From the human T2T-CHM13v2.0 reference genome, Homo sapiens: a stretch of DNA of 64,000 nucleotides. Location of the stretch: assembly GCF_009914755.1 (NCBI RefSeq), contig NC_060936.1. One strand, written 5' to 3'. Made by a program: the position numbers and the translations under genes. The notes under the pieces were generated by a model, which did not search any database, was not told where the DNA came from, and saw nothing but the letters and a program-made list of their open reading frames with translations. Shown here in pieces: positions 39,593 through 52,400 of this stretch (position 1 is its first letter; every line of letters starts with the position of its first letter).

Positions 39593-39757
39593 AGGTCGGG
39601 CATGATGGCGTGCACTTATAATCCCAGCACTTTGGAAAGTTGAGGCAGGAGCAGGAGCATTGCCTGAGGCCAGGAGTTCAAGAATGCAGTGAGCTATAAT
39701 CAAGATTGTCTCCATCTAAAAAAGAGGAAGAAGAAGAAGAAAGAAGAAGAAGAAGAA
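39593..39757 (+). mobile_element. Alu monomer (FLAM/FAM-like) with (GAA)n tail
   Basis: ggtcgggcatgatggc..atcccagcactttgg; flanking repeat aagaagtcatc. Confidence 0.8.
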
Positions 39758-40149
39758 GTCATCGACTATAAAAAGCTTGCTATCTTATTTATCACTAAAG
39801 AGAAAAGTTTTCCAGTTAAAATTTTAAAGAGTATCTTAATTTAGAAAAATTTAAAATATGAAAAAATGTGCTTAGAACTGATGAAATACAGTTTATGGTA
39901 TAATCTGGAGGAAGAAATACTTGATTCTTTCAGACTTCATTTAGAAATGTACTAAATTGCAGGTGACCTGTTAAATCTTACAATATATAATATTTTCACA
40001 TATAATCTCCATTAGAGAGGCTTTATTTCTTGCTATTATGTTTTGTTCCAAAAGATAGAAGTTATTTATCAAAAAAATCACCAAGTTGTCTCAATTTTAA
40101 CCATCTAATTTTGAGATGCTCTTCTTATCAAAAAATTTTTGTATTTTGA

Positions 40150-40760
40150 ATCAGTGTCAGATTGACTTGATTTTTAAGAAGTTACTTGAACTCACTAAGC
40201 CTCAATTTCCTGAACTGTAAAAAGTGTATTATAATAGTAATATAATTTTAAGGGATTGTTATGAGAGACAAAAGAGTCATAAGCATTGAATAAATATCAG
40301 CTGTCAGTTATCATTTGGCATACAAGAATCAGACTAATTTGAATTTATATTTTGACTCTACCATTTTCTAGTCATAATAATTTGGGCAAATCAAATATCC
40401 TCTCTGCCTCATAAATGGTCATAGTGACACTTGTCTTTCAGGTTCTCAGGAGGGTTCAATGAGCTGATAAAATATATCAACTTCCCTATATTATGCCAGC
40501 CATATTATGCTGATTAACAAAAAATTTCACAGTAGAAGATGACATTCATTGAGCATTTATTTGCTCAAACTCTTTGACTCCTGTGCTCTTTGACTCATTT
40601 AACCTATACGATAATCCTAGGAGGTAGCTACAATTATTATTTCTATTTTACAGATGAGGAAACTGAGGCACAGAGTAGCTAAGTAGTGGTCACAAAGCTT
40701 TGGCAGAACTGCTTATTGAGCCCAGGCAGCATGGCCCCAGAATGGCACACAGCTCAAGCC
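40150..40760. mobile_element. Cluster of three MIR fragments
   Basis: Cores 'gcctcaatttcctgaactgtaaaa' and 'ttttacagatgaggaaactgaggcacagag'. Confidence 0.65.
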
Positions 40761-41454
40761 ACTTCTTTATTTGCCTTAACTTCACCACTAGGAAGAACAC
40801 AAGGCAGCCTTATAAAATGAACAAGGCCTTCTGCTAGGCCAAAACATTGGGGGAATAATAATCAAGATATGACTGGTCACCGCAGATATGCTTTCCAGTG
40901 GGAGGCAAAGGCAGGACGTAGGACGCGCCGTTAGAGGTGGGGGTTGCTCACAGCTCTAGTACTTGGCACGCAGCTAAGGTTGAGTCATTGACAACTTCCT
41001 GCACAGCCACATAAGCTGAGGAATAACATGGAAGGTATTTAACAATCTGTATGAACACGTAAACCCTGTGAAATAATGAGCAATCCGTCACTATGTTAAC
41101 AAAAAGAGAAATAGTTCTAAGCACATTTGAACATTTGTGAAGACAACCATGTTCCAGGATGAAAGGAATGTAATACTTACACTTGGAAATATGTAATAGA
41201 CAAGTCAAATGAAGTTCAAGGGCAAAACAGATTGACTGAAATGATGTAGGGAAAGGAGAAAATTGAACTGTACGGGCCTCAGAAAATGAGAAGAGAGCTG
41301 GTAAGAATGGAGAAAGTATGAAAACTGAAAAACCACTTCAGCTCATGAACTCATCTCCCCCAGTACTTGTAGTGTAGAGTTTTAAGACTTAATTTTTCTT
41401 TGTTTCAAGTGTGTTTATGTGGATTCCTAAGTAAGATTGTAAACTCTGCTGACT

Positions 41455-41930
41455 GATGTGGTGCAGTGGAAAATTCTCTAATTCAGGCCCAGAAGAGAGG
41501 AGTCTAAAACCTGGTCGGCCTCCCCAGCCAAATGACCACAGACAAACCATTTACTCAATGTTTCAGTTTCTTCATTAGTGAAATAAAAATATCTACTCAA
41601 AATAAGAATGTGTGTGGAAGAAACTTATAAAATATGTCCTGCTATGTAAATATAAGGTATTCAGAGGTGGGTGGAGAAACAGAACAAGAGACTGGAAGAA
41701 AAAAAACCTGTAGATCAAAAGATCGAGATGAAGACTTTGCCACTTACTTGCTTCATGACATTGGGCAGAATACAGTGATGCACTTAACCTCTGTGAACTT
41801 TAAGATTCCTTATCTACAAAATAGGTTAATAGTACTAACGACTCCAGTGGATTTATGTGCAAGTCACCTCAATTCTGTAAGGTAAGGAGTATCACTCCCT
41901 ATTTTATAGATAAGGAAACTATGGTATAAG
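41455..41930. mobile_element. MIR fragments
   Basis: 'tttcagtttcttcattagtgaaat', 'cttaacctctgtgaac', 'ttttatagataaggaaact'. Confidence 0.5.
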
Positions 41931-43339
41931 ATTTTTTTTCTGTTTGTTATAATGATTCCCATAAAACCTGTAACAGTTCTCTACATGCAACAAAAATTAG
42001 TACTTGTTGATTGGTCACTTTATGTACATAGGTATCTTAATGGAAGAGACTATTTATCAAATAGAGAATCTCTTATCCAGCCATGAAGTAGGTGCACACT
42101 GTAAGATGCCTTCCTGGGGTGGTTGGCACAGATGATCTCTCAATGTTCCTTTCAGTTATGTAATTCTGGGATGTCAAATTGAAACTGAACAAAGAACATA
42201 ACTGGCAAAAATGAAATTACTGCTTTTCTGGAGACAGTGCTATTTGTCTGAAAATGGTAAAATGTAGATGGGAAGGAGGAAATAACAGGTCTGTGATTCA
42301 TGATACTAAAAGCTAAGAAAAGGTGGGTTTTCCTTGTGGCTATAAAACAAACAAAAAAGCATATAAACCCAGTGTTTAAATGTTAATTTGCTACAGTACA
42401 TCAAATGTTTATAGCAAGAATTTGATGGAAGCATCCTATTGAAAAAAACAAATTCTTTCCTATGTCAATGTGCTTATAAAGAGGATACCCAACTGTCTCC
42501 AGCAATGCATATTTATGTCTCTGCAGAGAATAACCTGACCTTATTTGCTGCAGTGACCATGAAACAGTGCTTCCATAATGGTAATATGAAATATTTCAGA
42601 AGAACAGAAAACCTTGTGGTTTCTTAGATAAAAGAAAATACTACCCTATCTTGCATTTCTCACATTTGCTGCTATGTACTTGGTTTATCTATTAGCCAGT
42701 GTACCCAGGGTATTCTGTAACCGGCCTTCAGACTTACTCAATTCTCCACATTTTAAAGCAGAAATTGGAAAGTGAAAAATGGTTCACACATTATCTCATA
42801 TGTTACAGATTTTAGAGACATTTTGGCAAACAAATTAACTAGGCTTGATTATTCTTCTGAAATAGCGTCCAGGCACAGGACACGTATCTCCTCAACCTTT
42901 CTTTCTCTAAACGCACTTTTATCCACTTCAAAGTCATTTTATACTGCAGCGTAAGTCAGAAAGGAAAAAAGAACTCACAAAATGTCATAGTATTCCATTT
43001 TACAAGCTGTAATAACTAGGCTGTTCTGTAAAATGTCTGGTCAGGAAAAAGGCTGAAACTACTAACTAAAGTGAGGGCTGAGCTTCTTTTGAGAATTAGA
43101 ATTCCTTGTGCTTTTCCAAGTCCTAGATGACATAGATAACGGAAAATTAATTTTAATTCTAATGATATGCTTAAATTGGCAAAGATCGGTAGTCATTATG
43201 GACTGGTTTTTGTTCATGACTTAATTTTGCCATTCTAAACCTCTGAGCAGGATTTAAAATACTTAATACAGCACTCCCCAGGCTCTGGTGTTTACCTTAC
43301 TTCAAAAATCCATTTTTCATGATTTCACTTTTCTTCCAC

Positions 43340-44240
43340 AGACAGAAGTTAAGTAAGAGGCTTTGGGTCAAGACTGTGACTGGATTCAAATCCTAAAGTT
43401 TTCGCTACACTGTGTGCTGTGGGTAAGTTATTAATCCCCTCTGTAAAATGGAGATGATATATCACAAGGCTGTTGCCTTATGAGTAAGTGAGGATTAAAT
43501 GAGATAGTATACGTAAAGTGCTCTAAACAGTGTTCAGAAGAATTTTAGCTTTTAATAAATGTTAGCTCTTACTTTTCCATCCAGATGAAAGTATATGAAT
43601 ATTTAGATATTTTTCTAGTCAATGCCAAATACTTTTGTGCTTTCTTATTTCTGAGTTATAATAAAAGTTGGCCTGTTACAACTATGTAAAATTTCCCAAA
43701 GGAAATATGTGAAATTATACATGCAAAATAAAAATGCTTTAATTGCTGGGGTTTTTTTTATTCTAAAGTTTTTTGTAACTCTATAAAGCATGCCTTCAAA
43801 ACTCATAAATAGGAGAGTTTGGAGTTGATTTTGTCAGTGGTGAGGAGGAAAGACATTTAGAACAAAATAGAATTTTTGACTTGAAAAGGACTTTAGGTAT
43901 GTAACTGTAACATTGATGCTATCACCTACTAGCTTTCAGAACTTGAGCAAGTTACTGAACTCTTTGCGCCTTAGTTAATGGTGATATTATTAGCACCAAA
44001 CACATGATGCCACTATAAAGATTAAATGAGTTAATGCATTTAAGTGTAGAACAGTGCCTGACATCTCTAACGAGTTCTCATTAAATGTTAGCAACTATTA
44101 TTAATTCATTATTGTTATTTTACAAATGACAATATCAACGTCAAGGAAGGAAGTTCGTTTCCCAAGGTCATATTTTAGATTTAATGGTAAGGAGCAGGAT
44201 CCAGGGCTTCTGACTCTCAGTCTACTGCTCTTTCCACTCT
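43340..44240. mobile_element. MIR fragments (several)
   Basis: 'ggctttgggtcaagac..ctgtaaaatggag', 'gagcaagttactgaac', 'ttttacaaatga..cccaaggtca'. Confidence 0.6.
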
Positions 44241-45289
44241 AACACCAATTTCTTCTTCATCTTGGCCTTGCCTCTAGATTTGCTTCAGTTCTTTAACCCT
44301 GGATATGAGTTTGTTTTATTCATCAATGGCCTGGATAGTGAAGATGTGAGGTCTAGTCATTGGTCTTTATGGTTGGTAGTGTAGAAAGATTAACTTTTGA
44401 CAGTGAAAGGGTTAAGTTTTATGTGAGATAGAACCTGAAATTTGTGTTCAGTTACTATCTATGGCCTTTTCTCTGCTTAATAATTAGATACTAAAAAATC
44501 TGCAACAAAGAGATGAAGATTAAGAAAAATTGTCAAGAAGGAAGGAAAATTGTACCTACCCCTCGAAGAATTCATGAGGTGCTTGAGCAGACTACTTTGA
44601 CCTCTTCTCAAACCTGCTAAGTGTGGACACACAATAAAAGCACTTTTGGTGCAGATAAACTGGAGAAGGGGCCTGTTTGTATAGTTTTCTTTGAGGAAAT
44701 ATTCCCTGCAGGAAGTATGCAGCAAAGAGAAAGGCTCATATGACAGAATATGTTAAAGCACATTTTCTTTTTATCTCTTTGCACATCCCCACTTTGCCAC
44801 CCACTTTAGCCCCTACCTACTCAATCTCCTATGTCACAATTCCAGGTGCACTCATCAGCATGCAAAAATCACATATGAGGTGGATATATTTTCAGATGAA
44901 GATGGATAAATCAAATCTGCAAATGGATAATGACATGGGCAAGTCATCAATTTATACTTGTAAACAACTTTTCAGCTAGACCTTGGGAACAAGGAACATG
45001 ATATTCTGTCTACAAACTCATGTGGCTTTCTTATTTGAAAGTTTTTTGAAAGATTTTTGGTTTTGTTTTGAGGAAATTTTCTGAATCTATTTTGAATGTT
45101 AGAATTTGGGCATTTGCTAAAAGGAAGTTGCTTGAGCTTGGATGTTTGTGCTAAGATTTCTTTAGGGACAGCTTCTCCAACTTTTTCACCAAAGTCGTCC
45201 TAACCACAGCTGAGAGGGAATACCAAGGAATGGGGACAGAACCTGAAAAGGTCAGCCAGAAGCAGCATTTTTGTTTTCATGTTTCATGT

Positions 45290-46000
45290 ATGTATAGCAC
45301 AGGAGTTAAGAACCTCTTGAAGAAAAATCATCTGATCTTGAATTCCTGTTCCACTGCTTACTAGCTGGGTGACCTTGAACAAATAGTCTTTCCCCTACTT
45401 CAAATATTTTATCTGTTAAGTGGTGATGATCATAGTACCCTCTTCATAGGGCTCTTGTGAGGGTGGATTGAATGAGTTAATTCATGTGCAGTACTCACAA
45501 CAGGATCTAGCATATAGTGAGCATGCAGTAAACGCTAGCTCTGATTATGTTGAAGATAATCACTTGCGTTCTTGCTGTGATATACTCTGATTTGTTTAAA
45601 ATAAAAATAAAGGATCTCTACTCCCCCCAAATCATCAAGTAATTTATCCATTTATTCAGGAAGAATATATTAAGGGCATATTGAGGACCTACACTGTGGT
45701 AGGCATTGTGAGAGACACAAAGATAAGTAAAACATACAGTCAGTGCTCAGAGAACTTAAGGTTTTTGAAAGGAAATGCATGAAGTTGAGAATGGTCTCAG
45801 TAACAAAACTAAATATTTACTGATCAAGTACATGTATGAAGATTTATGTAAATTAGCTAGGTTCTAAACAATTTTGCAAGGTTGATGTTATTTTCACCCT
45901 TCAACAGCTGTAGAAACAGAGGTCCAGGAGGGTCAGGTAACATAAAAGAGCAGGGATTTGAACCCACATCTGTCTGAATTCACAGTCCATGACTTTTCTG
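45290..46000. mobile_element. MIR and L2 fragments
   Basis: 'ccactgcttactagctgggtgaccttgaacaa', 'gggatttgaacccacatctgtctgaattc'. Confidence 0.6.
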
Positions 46001-48307
46001 CTTCACCTCCATAATTTCAATCTGTTAAATTTGTGGTCTTGGTGTGGAAGCTGGAAGCTCCAGATAATGACTGGTAACCAAGGAGGGGCAGAAATGTGAA
46101 AAACTGTGTAGGAATGTTTAGAAAATAAGAGGAAAAAAGATATCAAAGAAAACACAGATAATTGGATCCAGACTGGAGAGCCTAGGCCTGGGCAAGGACA
46201 ATGGGGAGAAATGGGTGTCTTCTCTTGTGCCAGCTCTGCTTGGGGGTTGCTGCTGGGAACCCTAGGTAGAGCAGCCATATTGGTCACCAGGACCCAAGGG
46301 GAAAGGGCTTTGTCCTATCAGCAATGTCTTCTGCAGGCACAGAAGAGGGGAGTGGTGGCACGGTATCTGCAAGCCCCAGCCTAGGGTAAACAGTGAGCCA
46401 GAAAAGCAATTAAAGCAGAAACAGATGAGGATAATTAGAAGGGACAGCTCTGAAGGGTAGGAGGAGGCAGTGAAACTAAAACAGAGAATTTTAGCTATTT
46501 CTGTCAATCCCTTGATGTCTGGAAAAACATTCTTTTTGGTCCAGACTATGGTACCACACCCTAAATAAGACCGAAACCATTCTCAGCACTGTACCCCTAG
46601 TTTGGATTCAATGGCATCTCCTGGATTCTGCTAGCAAAGTGGCCTGAACAGGACACAGGCCTATGGATATCTCCATTTGGATGTCCTGCAGGAACCTCAA
46701 ACTCGACTTCATCACAATTGAATTCATCATCTTTCTTATAAAAGCCTGCTCCTTTCTCAGTGTTTGCCATCACAATTTAACAGTCCCAAATCCATTCAGT
46801 CATCTAAATTAGAAATGAGCTCTTAGTTTTTAATGATAAAATGCTTCCCTCAAGCTTTCTGTTTCTGTTCTGTACTACTCATTCCATTCGCTATTCAAAT
46901 TGTCAAATGAGTCAATTCTTTGAAGGAAGGTATGTCATTGTCATTATGGAGAAAAAGGACATTGTTGTCCCTTAGAGTCCCAAAGAAAGCCCAGGGAAGC
47001 CTTTGAAGCCAGTCTTAGGGTTGTCAAGATTAGCTCCCATCACCCTAGAGCAATCTAGGAAGAAACACTGGAAAAGAGAGTCATAAAAATTGAAGGCATC
47101 CAAAAAGTAGAATGGAAAGGAACTGAAAAAACCTTTTTCTACTTTGTTATTCTGCTTGGAGAAGTTCCTTTTAAGGAAATGTGCATAGAGCTTTTGAACA
47201 CTGGCTAGAGAAAGGTGAAGACTGAAAAAGCAAATTGGATAAGTCACTTTCTTCTTTCATTCTTCTATCTCTATTACTTCTTTAAACTTTTAGATGTGTA
47301 TCTTCATTAGACATGACAGAAGTGATAATTGCATAATTTGACTTTTCATCAAAGCCCTTATAAAATTCGGTTTTACTGATGTAGTCCCAAAGCCTCAGTG
47401 CAATATTTATATTATGAAAGCACTGACATCATTTTATATAATTTAGTGTTCTTGGCATACTCAGTTCAGAAGAGACCAAAACCAAAGGTGCTGCAGGTCA
47501 GTACTGAGGTACATTGGCAGGGCTGTCTGTGGGAAGCTTCTGGATGTCTGATTGGGCTTAGATTAAAGGTGCTATGAATTTCTAAATCACATTTCCCCTA
47601 AGTTTCCTGGAGTTTTTAAAGGATGAACAATTCACAGGTCAAAATAAGGGACTTCTGTGATGTAAGCTGATAAATGTGTTGCTCTTTTGAACTGTGTTTG
47701 TTTACTGAATTTTTTTTTAACTTGCCATGCTACCTGGGGCAAATTATGCAAGCCACTTGAGCTTTAGTTTCCTCATATGTACAGTAGGGGTAATAATACT
47801 GCTTAATTTATTGGATTTTTTGAGAATTAAATAATTGTGGCATGTAGTAAGTGCTCAAATAATGTTAGTTGACTGATAATAATTATAGTAATAATACTAC
47901 CAATGCACTATTAATTTTGAGACAAAGGAATTAACCCCTAGAAACTTTGTCTACTTCTATTACAGGGAAGAATAGTGAAAGAATATCTGCAAAATAACTT
48001 CACAGAAAAAGTTTGGATTTCACCTTGTCCTTCTTCACCCCACTTCTTCTATTCCTATTAAATCAAAGTACAGTAGGAACATAATCTAAGAAGTCAAATA
48101 GTGTAATGGGAATGATAATAAAAAACAGCAGCTACCTAGATTATCTTCTCTCCACCCAAATCCTGCTCCCTAAAGTCAATCTTTCAACTCTTGATTTCTT
48201 CTGACATTCTAAATCAAATAGTGACATGTTTTCTTTCTTTCCTTGTATTTCAATATTAGAATTTATCCTTGACTTCTGAGTATAGGAGATAAGAATGCTG
48301 CTATTTC

Positions 48308-48311
<4 letters not shown>

Positions 48312-48356
<45 letters not shown>
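48312..48356. repeat. (CA)n microsatellite
   Basis: About 22 perfect CA units. Confidence 0.98.
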
Positions 48357-48357
<1 letters not shown>

Positions 48358-48495
48358 TCCTTCCTCATTCTAGAAGATTTACATTATGTTCAATGTCTAT
48401 ATTTTTCTATTTTGTTAACTACGAAACCATATGAAGAGCTATGATTACATTTTTTTTCTTGCTTACTTTTTTGGTTTTCCTTAGTGGTAACACAT

Positions 48496-48881
48496 TGTCT
48501 TAGTGCATTTGGGCTACTCTAACAGAATGCCTTAGACTGGGGGCTCATAAACAATGAACATTTATTCCTTACAATTCTGGAGGCTGGAAGTCCAAGATCA
48601 GGGAGCTGGAAAATTTAGTGTCTTGTGAGGGTCATCTTCTGGGTTGCGGACTGCCATCTTCTCATTCGATCCTCACTTTCTCTACATTGTATCCTCACAT
48701 TGCAGAGAGAGGGTGAGAATGCTCTCTGGGGTCCTTTCTGTAAGGGCACCGTCCCATCATGAGGGCTCTGTCCTCAGAACCTAATTACTCCTCAAAGGCA
48801 CTACCTCATAATACCATCACATTGGGCATTAAGATTTCAACAAATTAATTTTAGGGGGACACAAACATTCAATTCATAACA
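48496..48881 (-). mobile_element. MLT1A/A0-like solo LTR
   Basis: tgtcttagtgcatttggg..ggaggctggaagtccaagatc..cattcaattcataaca; perfect 5-bp TSD cacat. Confidence 0.88.
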
Positions 48882-49280
48882 CACATACATGTGTTCTATT
48901 TTGACTTCTTTGTTTTCTATGTACTTATTATTAGTGTATACTCAAATTCTCTATCTGATTTATCTATAAAACTGCTGTCAATACAATCCAATATTGTCTC
49001 CTATCCTGCATTTTTTGTCCTTACAAGCTTTTATGCTTTAACTGTAATTTTTGTGAGGCTTGGTAGGGCATGTAGATAAATGCAAGAGTTCAATCCACCA
49101 TATCTGACCAGAAATCCTAATCTGCTTATTTTAATTAATCTTTTAAACAGTGGATCTTAAGAATGGAAGGATCTACTTTGAAAGCCAGAACATGGATAAC
49201 TACAACCATTCTAAATAAAACGGGATTTTCCTTTCTGTGACTCCCTGTGGATCTTCACAGATAAAATAAAGAGAATATAT

Positions 49281-49462
49281 TTCTAGAGCATCCCACAGTC
49301 CAGTGGTTCTTGCGTGGGGTGGGAGCCACCTCCAAGGGGGCATTTGGAAAGGTGTGAAGACTATAGTTTTCATTCTGACTGAATCCCCTTCTCTTTGTGC
49401 CAAGCCATGATAGGAAGAATTATACCATCCCAAAATTCAATAGCATGACCACTGAGAAATAG
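49281..49462. mobile_element. hAT-Charlie MITE (MER3/MER20-like)
   Basis: cagtggttct..gggggcatttggaaa..gaagaattataccatcccaaaat..tgagaaa. Confidence 0.5.
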
Positions 49463-49598
49463 CACCAACCCTTCCCTCAAGAGGGAACCCAGGAATCTTA
49501 AGATCCTCCATCATTTGGGGATGTGAGCGAGCTTAGGTGCCTGAGTTTGGCTCTAAACATTCTGTTCCTTAGGTGTATTGAATTACACATGGAGGTAG

Positions 49599-49953
49599 TA
49601 TCTTAGTCTGTTCAGGCTGCTATAACAAAATAGCATATACTGGGTAGCTTATAAACAACATAATTTTTTCCCCACAGTTCTGAGAAGGCTGGAAAGTCCA
49701 AGATCAAGTCTCTAGCAGATTAGGTATCTGGTGAGGGCCCATTTCCTGGCTCACATATAATGCCTTCTCACTGTGTCCTCACATGGTAGAAAAAGAAATG
49801 CAACTCTACAGGGCCCCTTATAATCCCATTCATGAGGGCTCTGAAGTCATGATGTGACCACCCTCAAAGGCCACACCTCCTAATGCAGTCATATTGGTGA
49901 TTAGGTTTTCAACATACAAATTTTGGGGGGACACACACATTCAGCCTATGGCA
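49599..49953 (-). mobile_element. MLT1A-like solo LTR
   Basis: tatcttagtctgttcaggctgctataacaaaata..ggacacacacattcagcctatggca. Confidence 0.85.
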
Positions 49954-50033
49954 GATAGCTGCAATGCTTGAGGTATAATGGGTTGTAAAATTACATGTAT
50001 TTTTGAGTTTCAAGACTTCTGCAAACTATGAAC

Positions 50034-50382
<349 letters not shown>

Positions 50383-51829
50383 TAGCAGCTTCTAAAGAAA
50401 TATTTGTGGATAAAGTCGAGTTCTGATTTTGCCATTGGGATGATGGTTGTGGCACATTAACTTTGGCAAGTCAGACTTCTGCAAATTAGCTTTCTAGTGA
50501 AACATTTATATGGCACATATTGCTATTACTCACATGTATATAGTAATGAAACTTACTTCTTTCAAACTCTGTGAGGAATAATTGCTACATGAATACAAAG
50601 CACCATGAGAGTGTGAAGTATTATGTAAGAAGGAGATGAGGTAGGTCATCATTACATAATGCAGCTCTTCCTATCATGGCTTGGCTGTAACGTGGAAGGC
50701 CTTGGAGGCAAGCCGCAGTGTGCAGACAGTGTCATCAACACACATCAACTCTGAGAAATGAATACTCACCACTTATAATCATAGATACAGCTGATCCCAC
50801 AGGAAACACCTAACCTGCAATCAATCTCCTCCTCACTGTGGTCTGGCAGGATGGGTGATACCTGTCTTCATGAATTTTTGTGTGGGGAATTCATTTTTAT
50901 TTCAAAATCAAAATCACAAACCTCTGTTGACCAGCAGAAAACATGCTGATGTTCTATCATGCTGTCACTTGTTTTCCTAACAGCAATAGACCATCCATGG
51001 CCACTGCTCTTTGTTTCTATGACAGCATTTTTCATGCAAAACGTCATTTTCTTTCAAAGTAGTTTGAGAATCTGTATCATATTAATCTTCCAATCATCTT
51101 GTTAAGTGGTTTGTAAAAGTGGCTAGACTCTATGGGAAAGACAGGAAAGCCCAGGGTGTTAAATAATATGTTTACTTTATATTATGAAAATGTGAATAAA
51201 TGAATGATTAGCAAACCCATGCTGAACATGAATAAAAAACATCACATTATTTGTATTATTAAAGTGCTCTCTATTTGCTATAATATAAGTACTTGCTTTG
51301 GTGTGTCAGTCTATCTATTTCAAAAATCCTTATCAAGAGTCTGCAATGTGTCAGACACTATAGAAAAGCAGTATGTAAATTATGCTGTATTTTAAATCAC
51401 CTTTGAAATATACAGAGAGGTCTGCAATTGTGTGGATCATATGAAAATGGAATTTTTAAATTTTTATTTATTTTATTTTTATTCTAAAATAAAATAAATT
51501 TTTTTAAGAAAAAAATTCTTAAAAGATATATTGTGTGTGTAGAATTAATAGACCTTGCTTACGATTGACAACAAAACAAACAGGAAAAAAAATGTGCGAG
51601 AAAGAATAAAGTAAAATTCTATTTTTTAAATAGCATTAAACAAGAATAGTAAATGCAATAATGCCTGTTTATACTTTGTTGAATATTCAGAAACTAAGGT
51701 CAAAATACTGCAGAATAATGTTTGCTTAAAAAGGAAGTAAGAGTATTTAAACAAGTTCCAGCAGGATTAAAAATTTTAATGTATCTAAGAAGCAATAATA
51801 TTAATGGAGGTAAATTGTTTTATAATTTT

Positions 51830-52400
51830 GAGTCAGAGAAGCTAACAATCATAAAGAAAAGGGTAAGTAAATAAATGGATAAGCATTATACATTTCTACA
51901 ATCAAAAGAAAACCTATATAGACTAGTGGCAAACTGCACATAAGTTTCATATTTATCTAATATATGGCAATCATTAATATATCTAAGATATGAGAAGCAT
52001 TTACAAATTAATAATAATAAGAAGATACCCCAATAGAAACATGAGCAAAGACCCTAAACAAGCAATTCACCAAAGAAGAGACCAAGAAATGACCAAGAAA
52101 TGTATGAATGGCTATTCTTCTCTTGTAACTAATCAAAGAAATGGAAACTTGACATTCTTCACAGATTAGATTTGTAAAGGTGAAAATATTGAGCATTGAT
52201 GCAGTGAGAAAATGAACGTGCTAATCGGTGGAGACAAATTGATAGTCTTTTTTTCAGACAGTAACCTGACAACAGATTCCAGATATTTTTAGATGCATTT
52301 CCCTTTGCCCATTCCATTACTAGGAATCCTGTTTAAGAACAAACATGTGCACTCAGAGGTAACAGATCACAAAATGGCATCATTGCAGTGATTCTTGAAT
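51830..52400 (+). mobile_element. Old L1M 3' fragment
   Basis: 'cccaatagaaacatgagcaaagaccctaaacaagcaattcacc'. Confidence 0.55.

Noticed and set aside
40880-40945. Possible CTCF motif
   Set aside because: Two or more mismatches at core positions; not supportable from sequence alone.
51466-51524. Short AT-only inverted repeats
   Set aside because: Expected by chance in low-complexity A/T sequence.
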